A DNA stretch of 64,000 bases, taken from assembly GCA_964483625.1 (NCBI GenBank), contig CAZABB010000001.1, positions 3,222 to 67,221 of the forward strand, written 5' to 3'. The notes below the pieces were generated by a model, which saw only the letters and a list, made by a program, of their open reading frames with translations, ran no database searches and had not been told where the DNA came from. Positions 48,682 to 55,889 of this stretch are shown in pieces. The translations under genes and the position numbers were made by a program. Within the stretch, counting starts at the first letter, position 1; each line of letters starts with the position of its first letter. The DNA comes from an uncultured Planctomycetia bacterium. Lineage in GTDB: Bacteria; Omnitrophota; Gorgyraeia; Duberdicusellales; 4484-171.

Positions 48682-50342
48682 ATATTCTCGCTCTGCATGA
48701 AGACAGCAATGCCAATATTACCTTCCTCGCGAATACCGAAATCGTGTTTTCGGTTGCCGAAGAACGGTTTACCCGTAAAAAACATCAGGGAGGATTCCCT
48801 CGGGAATCGCTTGCCTACCTGTTCAAAAAATACGATCTTGCGCCGAACGATATCGATGTTATCGTCTGCGGGAACCGTTATCATCCCTTACCCCGTCTCC
48901 TGGGACCTTATTTCCCCAGTCATGAGCACGCTTTTTTAGGATGGGGACAAAAAGTATCTCTTTACTACCAACATGCCCTCTCTAAAAGCCTTCTCCTCCG
49001 CTCTGCCGTAGAAAAACTTAACCATTGTCTCCTTACCCATAAGTTCAAAAGAAGCATATTTCTCGTCGACCATCACACCGCTCATGCCTATGCGACATAT
49101 CTTACTTCAGGCTTTTCCGAAGCACTTATTATCAGCGCCGACAACTATGGAGACGGGGTGGCTGCGGCGGTATTTACCGGTAAAGAGGGAACATGCACTA
49201 TGCTCTACTCTTCTTCGGCACTCCATTCTCCGGGACAGTTCTATGGTGAACTGGCTCAGATTCTCGGATTTCACCCTCTCATGGCCGGAAAAATGACCGG
49301 TCTCTCGGCCTACGGAGACCCCGGCCGGGCGTATCCGCTTGTAAAAGAATTGTTCGGGTTGACGCCCGACAAGAAAGATTTTGTATTGCCGTCTCTCTTC
49401 TTTAAATCACCGAACCGGGGCATTTTTCAGAAACTGCGGGCGTATAAAAAAGAAGATGTTGCTGCGGCGGCACAAAGAAGGTTTGAAGAAGTAATCGTCT
49501 CCTACGCCAGAGAAGCGTTGAGGACGACCGGCTTAAGAAAAATTGCTCTTGCCGGCGGTATTTTCGGTAACGTCTGTCTCAATAAGAAAATCGCTGAGCT
49601 TGAAGAAGTAGATGAGATCTTTATCCATCCGGGGATGAGTGATCAGGGAATCAGCCTGGGAGCGGGTTTGGCATACTTGGCTCAAGAAAAAGCCATACAG
49701 CCTTTTCGGATAGAAAACGTGTACTGGGGACCCCAGTACAATGGCGACCAAATCAAACAGACACTTACCCAACAGAATGTTGCTTTCCTCTATGACCCTC
49801 ACATCGAACAGACCGTGGCTGATCTCCTGGCTCGCGGTAAGGTGGTAGCTCGGTTTAACGGACGAACCGAATACGGTCCGCGGGCCCTGGGCAACCGCAG
49901 TATCCTCTACCGGACGACGGACGGAACCGTAAATGACTGGCTGAACCGAAAACTGCGCCGTTCTGCATTCATGCCGTTTGCTCCCGTAACTCTGGAGGAA
50001 GAAGCTCAACGGTGTTACAACCATATCCCTAAGATAGCTTATACGGCAAAATTCATGACGATTGCCTGTGAATGCACCGAATGGATGAAATCGGTATCGC
50101 CGGGAGTGGTGCATATCGATTCAACCGCCCGGCCGCAGATTCTTTCGCAAACCGATAACCCTTCCTATTACGCGATCCTTAAAGAATATCATCGTCTGAC
50201 CGGCATTCCCAGTCTGATCAATACCAGCTTTAATATGCACCACGAACCGATTGTCAACACTCCGGCTGAGGCGCTCGAGGCATTTTTACAAGCCGGAATT
50301 GACTACCTGGCGATCGGCAACTATCTTGTGGAAAAACAATAA
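48678..50342 (+). CDS. O-carbamoyltransferase family protein 2 (N-terminal HD motif absent)
   Basis: EERFTRKK, HHTAHA, GKMTGLSAYG, HPGMSDQG, EYGPRALGNRS, FMPFAP, NTSFNMH. Confidence 0.92.
   Translation: MNILALHEDSNANITFLANTEIVFSVAEERFTRKKHQGGFPRESLAYLFKKYDLAPNDIDVIVCGNRYHPLPRLLGPYFPSHEHAFLGWGQKVSLYYQHALSKSLLLRSAVEKLNHCLLTHKFKRSIFLVDHHTAHAYATYLTSGFSEALIISADNYGDGVAAAVFTGKEGTCTMLYSSSALHSPGQFYGELAQILGFHPLMAGKMTGLSAYGDPGRAYPLVKELFGLTPDKKDFVLPSLFFKSPNRGIFQKLRAYKKEDVAAAAQRRFEEVIVSYAREALRTTGLRKIALAGGIFGNVCLNKKIAELEEVDEIFIHPGMSDQGISLGAGLAYLAQEKAIQPFRIENVYWGPQYNGDQIKQTLTQQNVAFLYDPHIEQTVADLLARGKVVARFNGRTEYGPRALGNRSILYRTTDGTVNDWLNRKLRRSAFMPFAPVTLEEEAQRCYNHIPKIAYTAKFMTIACECTEWMKSVSPGVVHIDSTARPQILSQTDNPSYYAILKEYHRLTGIPSLINTSFNMHHEPIVNTPAEALEAFLQAGIDYLAIGNYLVEKQ
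50187..50255 (+). repeat. 69-bp perfect inverted repeat, left arm
   Basis: TATCATCGTC...CCGATTGTC is the exact reverse complement of 54279-54347. Confidence 0.9.
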
Positions 50343-50344
50343 TC

Positions 50345-51745
50345 CTACGAAAGCCGCAAACAGATTTTTACGGCGGTTTTGAAAACCTGCAGATAATCCA
50401 GCCGGATACGCGTGAGAAAAAAGATCGTCAATTCCAGAAGCTTACGGGGACGGAAATAAAACTGTTTAAGGATCTCGCGGTGCAACCGGGTAAGTTCATC
50501 GGTGCTTAATGTATCGTTACGGATAATAGATTTACGTAAAAACACGTAATCATCCCAGTTGTCGGAAAGAATACGGTTTTCTTTCAGGCACTCGGCATAT
50601 AATTGCGTTCCCGGCAGAGGCGCGGCAAAAGAAAGCTGTAAAGTGTGGGGATTCAATGTGAAGATCTTCTTCTTGGTATAAAGGATATCTTCTTTTGTCT
50701 GATGGGGAAAACCGATAATCGCATAGCCCATGGCGATAATCCCCTGTCGTTTGATGCGGTCGATTGCTTCGGCGATCTGCACCTCGGTAATATCTTTCTT
50801 AAGGATCGAAAGATTCCGATCATGAGCACTCTCGATACCAATACCAATCTGGAGGCAGCCTGATCGTTTCATCACCTTAAGGGTATCTTCATCTAAAAGA
50901 TCGACACGGGTGTTACACACCCAGCGGATACGCCGATTAAGGTTATGCTGAATGATGCCAGTACATACTTGCCGGACAAAATCCGGCTGGACGGTGAAGG
51001 TATGGTCGATAATCGCAAAATAAGAGGTATTAAACGTGTGAATGCATTGTTCTATTTCCCCGACAATCGCCTCCGGTTTCCTTAGACGCGCCGCGCCGGG
51101 ATACAACAAATGGCTGTCACAAAATACGCACCTTCCCGGACACCCGCGGCTCGTACGCAAAGCGGTTACGTGACGCCGATAAGGAGATGAATATAAATCA
51201 TTAGGCAGCAGGTCCCGGGCCGGATAAGGTAACGAATCAAGATCCGCAATCACAGGATGATTTTCGGTAGAGACAATCTGGCCGTGTTCACGATAGGTGA
51301 TACCTTTGATCGACGCCAATGATGCTCTCTGTGCTGCCGCTTCGATAACCTGGGCAACGACCCGTTCCGGCTCTCCCCGGACGACGACATCCAGCCCCTC
51401 GATCTCCTTCAGCGTCTGGTGAGACAGAGCCGAAGCATGTGTCCCGATCAGAACAGTCATTACATTATTTTTTTTAAGCAGGTTGATCAGACGCTTGACA
51501 GAATTGACCGAATAGGTTTGTGCGGTAAATACGGCAACGTTAGGCCTCACCGCCAGAAGACGTACCCCTTGGGCACTTTCATGCAATTTAAGTACATTCG
51601 CATCAAGTATCGATATATCGAAATCGGGATTACGCCGGCGCAGAAAAGACGCGCAATAGGCGAGATCCAAAGGAGGAACAACACTGAGCAGAGAAGTATG
51701 TTCTACCTTTCGCTGATAGTATGTATTGGAAAAAATTACTCTCAT
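50345..51745 (-). CDS. Cobalamin-dependent radical SAM enzyme
   Basis: PPLDLAY, GTHASAL, GEPE, TSRGCPGRCVFC, GIES, GFP, PLPGT. Confidence 0.92.
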   Translation of the reverse strand: MRVIFSNTYYQRKVEHTSLLSVVPPLDLAYCASFLRRRNPDFDISILDANVLKLHESAQGVRLLAVRPNVAVFTAQTYSVNSVKRLINLLKKNNVMTVLIGTHASALSHQTLKEIEGLDVVVRGEPERVVAQVIEAAAQRASLASIKGITYREHGQIVSTENHPVIADLDSLPYPARDLLPNDLYSSPYRRHVTALRTSRGCPGRCVFCDSHLLYPGAARLRKPEAIVGEIEQCIHTFNTSYFAIIDHTFTVQPDFVRQVCTGIIQHNLNRRIRWVCNTRVDLLDEDTLKVMKRSGCLQIGIGIESAHDRNLSILKKDITEVQIAEAIDRIKRQGIIAMGYAIIGFPHQTKEDILYTKKKIFTLNPHTLQLSFAAPLPGTQLYAECLKENRILSDNWDDYVFLRKSIIRNDTLSTDELTRLHREILKQFYFRPRKLLELTIFFLTRIRLDYLQVFKTAVKICLRLS

Positions 51746-51749
51746 ATGA

Positions 51750-52811
51750 TCAGAATCCGCCTAAAGAAGACACCCAGTTAGGACTCACTTCACACCCCAG
51801 CCAGCACTTCCCGCAATGAACGACCTTGCGCAATTTATTTTTCGCGATCGGTTTATTCAAGATATCCGAATATGATTCCCGTTTAACATTTCCCAAAACT
51901 TCGGTATCATAGCTACAAGTGATTATATCACCATTGGGATGAAGACGGAAATGCGTAAATAAATTCATACAGCGATGCTGCGGCATACGTCCCGTCTGAA
52001 GCACATTCATTTGTCCCTTTAGATAGTGAGCCAGAATGATGCGTTCAAGGATATGTCGCCACGAGCCGCTTCCCTTTACCCCAAGAGAAAGGATATCCGT
52101 AGTAAGATTTTGGCGAATATAATCCCGAACCGGAGCGCTGAATTCTATCAGACCATAATCAGCCCGTTCGATTCCTCCCTCTTTCAACCCGACAAAACCG
52201 CGGTAGTCTACGTCCAAATCATCGGCAAGTTTTTTCACCCGAGGGATTTCATGTACATTCTCCGGAAAAACAGTCTGATTGACGGCAAGGAAAAGTTTTT
52301 TCCGGCTGAAACGGCTCCTGAGACGCCGGAGAGTATCTACGGCACGGGAGAAACTTCCTTCCTTCCCGCGTAACGCATCGTGTGTCGTGCTCATGCCATC
52401 GATACTGACTTTGAGATCGAGTGAAACCCCTCGCTTCTTTAACAACATGATCTTCCCGACAATGTCCTCGGTAGCATATCCGTTGGTTGTAATATGAAAG
52501 ATGCGCGGTTTGATGCGGGAATGAAACGCTAAAAGGATTTCGGTTAAATCTTCTTTCAAGAAAGGTTCACCTCCCGTGATCACCACGGCATCAATATTAT
52601 GTAACATATTGTCTTCAAGCATGTTACGAATATCCTTCTCCCGGAGTTCTTCATGATTTTTTTCGGCAGGAGAGCGCCAAGCTCCGCAATGTTTACAGGC
52701 GAGATTACAGCGGAACGTAACCGCATAATTAACCAGAAACGGCCGGGACGGTCTATTCAAGCCGCGGCGCACATTCGCACGAAGAAAACGAAAGAGATAA
52801 GAAGCCATCAT
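51750..52811 (-). CDS. Radical SAM/twitch domain protein
   Basis: CNLACKHC, TGGEPFL, TTNG, SIDG..HDALRG; C...TC...GNV...CGKCWLGC; start at ATGA overlap (track start 52895). Confidence 0.9.
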   Translation of the reverse strand: MMASYLFRFLRANVRRGLNRPSRPFLVNYAVTFRCNLACKHCGAWRSPAEKNHEELREKDIRNMLEDNMLHNIDAVVITGGEPFLKEDLTEILLAFHSRIKPRIFHITTNGYATEDIVGKIMLLKKRGVSLDLKVSIDGMSTTHDALRGKEGSFSRAVDTLRRLRSRFSRKKLFLAVNQTVFPENVHEIPRVKKLADDLDVDYRGFVGLKEGGIERADYGLIEFSAPVRDYIRQNLTTDILSLGVKGSGSWRHILERIILAHYLKGQMNVLQTGRMPQHRCMNLFTHFRLHPNGDIITCSYDTEVLGNVKRESYSDILNKPIAKNKLRKVVHCGKCWLGCEVSPNWVSSLGGF

Positions 52812-54178
52812 ACGCATTTTTTTCTCAGCAGATAGAGAACAATCCTTTTTAAACGCCGGGGGGGAAGATAAAACAGTAAAGGAGCAACGCAACAAGATAA
52901 ACCAACGAAATATCTTCCCAGCCCTTTATATTGAACAATATCGGAAACCCCGTGGTAATAGCGGTTCCAGGATACCTGAGGGAACCGGTTGAAATAGTCG
53001 GTCCCGGGATAGGGAGTTAACGAATAGAAGTGCGCGAAATCAAGGGAAGAACATACCGTCTGAAATATCGTATTAACGACGGTTTTCTTTGTCTGCCCTT
53101 CCAGTCCGAAAATGAAATATCCATATGTCATTATGTCGTGCTTTTTTAAAATATCAATACCTCTCAATATATCCGGGCCTTTGATATATTTCCGATTACG
53201 ATGCAAAACCCTTTCGTCAAAAGATTCAATTCCCAAAGACAGCAACATGCAACCGGATTCTTTCATCAAAGCCGCCGTCTCTTCATCCACCACATCAACC
53301 CGCGAGTTAGAGACCCATCGGATATCGAGCCGCTCATCAATAATGCGCCGGGTAAGATTTTTCACGAAATCCTTATCGGCATTGAACGTATCGCACAGGA
53401 AGAGAAACGTATCAATGCCGCAAGTTTCTTTTACCTCGCGGATTTCGGCGATGATATTGCCGACCGAGCGGGCGCGCCAGCCTCGTCCGTAATAGGACCG
53501 GGAGGTACAGAATGAACAGGCCGAGTCGCATCCACGCGAGACTTTCACCACAGAAAATTTCTTCCCCGTAAAGGGCATAATATACCGTTCATTTTTCAGG
53601 AGAGACCGGTCGGGAAGAACCGGATAGTCGTAGCTGACGCGGGACTTCCTTCTTTCGTTTACTTTAATCACCCCGTTTCGGTACGCCAGCCCCCGGATCT
53701 CACCCAGAGGTCTCCCTTCTCCCGAGAGCGATTCCATCAGCTCACATATCGTCTCTTCCGGTTCGCCCTGTACGGCAAAATCAACGGCTTCTTCTTCCAA
53801 TAATTTACGGGGGAAAACCGTGGCGTGAAGGCCGGTAAAAATGATACGCAGATCCTTATTCTTTTGCTTTAACCGGCGGGCTAAAAAGACATCGTCCTCG
53901 ATTGTCGGCGTGGTCGCCTGAATAATCACAGTCGACGGCTCTCGGCATAATATCTCCTTGACCAATTCCTCAAAAGAGAATCCTTCGATTTCTCCGTCAA
54001 GAATATCTATATTATGAAAGCCCCGATGCCGGAGATAAACGGCGATCTCCAAAAGGGTAATCGGCGGCCATAATCCTACGGCAGGCAGAACTTTCTGCTG
54101 ACAGCGTTCAACACGCAGGACTTTCTTACCGGACCGCGTAACCGGATTGCATAAAAGAATCTTCTCTTTTTTTGTCAT
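52808..54178 (-). CDS. Cobalamin-dependent radical SAM enzyme (HpnJ-like N-terminus)
   Basis: NP...RVERCQQ...LWPP, GLHATVFP, GEPE, SRGCDSACSFC, DTF, GIES, TPYPGT. Confidence 0.92.
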   Translation of the reverse strand: MTKKEKILLCNPVTRSGKKVLRVERCQQKVLPAVGLWPPITLLEIAVYLRHRGFHNIDILDGEIEGFSFEELVKEILCREPSTVIIQATTPTIEDDVFLARRLKQKNKDLRIIFTGLHATVFPRKLLEEEAVDFAVQGEPEETICELMESLSGEGRPLGEIRGLAYRNGVIKVNERRKSRVSYDYPVLPDRSLLKNERYIMPFTGKKFSVVKVSRGCDSACSFCTSRSYYGRGWRARSVGNIIAEIREVKETCGIDTFLFLCDTFNADKDFVKNLTRRIIDERLDIRWVSNSRVDVVDEETAALMKESGCMLLSLGIESFDERVLHRNRKYIKGPDILRGIDILKKHDIMTYGYFIFGLEGQTKKTVVNTIFQTVCSSLDFAHFYSLTPYPGTDYFNRFPQVSWNRYYHGVSDIVQYKGLGRYFVGLSCCVAPLLFYLPPRRLKRIVLYLLRKKCV

Positions 54179-55880
54179 TGCGTTTATCGAACAAAGGATT
54201 TGTAACAAGGAAATTTTCCATGATCAGATAATCCAGACCGGCCTGGAAGAACGTATCCAGAGCTTCTCGCGGCGTACAGACAATCGGTTCGTGGTGCATA
54301 TTAAAGCTGGTATTGATCAGACTGGGAATGCCGGTCAGACGATGATACTCCTTAAGTATGTCATACAATAAAGAATTATCGTGCTCTTTTAAAATTTGAG
54401 GCCGGGCCGTCCTGTCCCGATACACGACCCCCGGAGATACCGCTTCCATCCACGGGGTACACTCAAGACTAATGGTCATAAACCGCGCCGCCGTCTCTGC
54501 TCCAGAAACATTCTTATAACACGCGTCTTTATATTCAAAAAGCGTAACGGGCGCGAAGGGCATAAATTCGGACCGGCGCAGTTTTTTGTTCAGCCAGTCA
54601 TTTACGCTTTTATCGGTTGTCTGATAAAGAATACTGCGGTTACCCAGCGCCCGCGGGCCGTATTCGGTCGCCCCCTGAAAAACCGCTACGGTAGCTCCGC
54701 GCGATAATAATCGGGCCGCTTTTGCTTCGAGACGTTTTTCTTTTTGATATCTCAGATGGTTTTGTTCGAGCATTCCTGCGATATGGGCATCCGAATAGCG
54801 GGGCCCCAGATATACATGAGAAAGACGGACGGAGGAAGAAAAAGAAATCCCCGAGTATTCGCTCTCTCCTTTTTTTTCCTGTGACGCCGCGGCAAAAGAA
54901 AGCCCACCGTCGCCCATATGGGGGAAAACAAAAATTTTCCCGAACAACCCGGTTGCGTGTAACCGCTGGTTTACTTTGACATTGGCAAAAAGCCCTCCGG
55001 CCAGGAAAAGATCGGGACCCTTTTTCTCTCCGACGCAGTTTTTTATCAGCCCTACCACGGTATGTTCAACCGTCCTCTGTAAAGAAAAAGCAACGTCTTT
55101 TTTTCTGTATCGTTTGAGCATTTTGAAAAAACGCCGGGTGCGGTAGAAAGGATCGACGAAAACGTCCTTCCCTTCTATCGTGAACAGCGATTTAAATATC
55201 TTCCCCAGAGAAGTGGCACTTCCGTATTCGGCCAGGGCGACCACCTTGCCTTCTTCTCCTTCTCTAAACCCCAGAGCAGCAGTAACATAGGCATACACCA
55301 GGGCAATGCTGTGTTTATACGATATCTCCTGCCGCAAGACTACCCGGTCGTCTCTGACCCGGACAATCAGCCCCGCTTTCCCGTCGCCATACGCATCCAG
55401 AGATACTGCCAGATAATTCCGGGAAGGAATCCCGGTACAGGCGGAAATAATATGCGCCTGGTGATGATCGACCAGATGAAGGCTGCCGAAAGAAATCCCC
55501 ATCCGTCTCAACCGGACGGCAAGGATCCACCGGCTGAATGTGGATTCCATCTCTCTTAAAAGGGGAAGAGAAGCTGTTTTATTTTCATACTGGTAGACGG
55601 CACGGGAAGGGAAAGAAAGAATATTCTTTTGAGGCGAACCTGTACGATACAAATTATTCAACAATCGAAACGGCGCCCGGCCGTAGCGGCCTCCGATATA
55701 TACGGCATCTATCGTCTTTGTTCCGATGATTCCTTTGATATATTTTAATGAACGGTAAGGGAACCCCTGTTGTCGTTTACGGCGGCTAAAGCGTTCTTCC
55801 GAACATGCAATCACAACATTCCCATTCTCGATGAGAATGGCGGAGGCATCATGGCTATCGTTTATTCCTAACGCAATCAT
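54126..55880 (-). CDS. O-carbamoyltransferase family protein 3
   Basis: HDASA, EERFSR.K, HHQAH, EGKVVALA.YG, PHMGDGG, EYGPRALGNRS, FMPFAP, NTSFNMH. Confidence 0.93.
   Translation of the reverse strand: MIALGINDSHDASAILIENGNVVIACSEERFSRRKRQQGFPYRSLKYIKGIIGTKTIDAVYIGGRYGRAPFRLLNNLYRTGSPQKNILSFPSRAVYQYENKTASLPLLREMESTFSRWILAVRLRRMGISFGSLHLVDHHQAHIISACTGIPSRNYLAVSLDAYGDGKAGLIVRVRDDRVVLRQEISYKHSIALVYAYVTAALGFREGEEGKVVALAEYGSATSLGKIFKSLFTIEGKDVFVDPFYRTRRFFKMLKRYRKKDVAFSLQRTVEHTVVGLIKNCVGEKKGPDLFLAGGLFANVKVNQRLHATGLFGKIFVFPHMGDGGLSFAAASQEKKGESEYSGISFSSSVRLSHVYLGPRYSDAHIAGMLEQNHLRYQKEKRLEAKAARLLSRGATVAVFQGATEYGPRALGNRSILYQTTDKSVNDWLNKKLRRSEFMPFAPVTLFEYKDACYKNVSGAETAARFMTISLECTPWMEAVSPGVVYRDRTARPQILKEHDNSLLYDILKEYHRLTGIPSLINTSFNMHHEPIVCTPREALDTFFQAGLDYLIMENFLVTNPLFDKRNDKKREDSFMQSGYAVR
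54279..54347 (-). repeat. 69-bp perfect inverted repeat, right arm
   Basis: Exact reverse complement of 50187-50255. Confidence 0.9.
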
Positions 55881-55889
55881 TATCCTCTC

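Noticed and set aside
50345-54178. Hopanoid tailoring genes (hpnJ/hpnH/hpnP)
   Set aside because: Only family-level resemblance; no squalene-hopene cyclase or other hpn genes in window, so no symbols assigned
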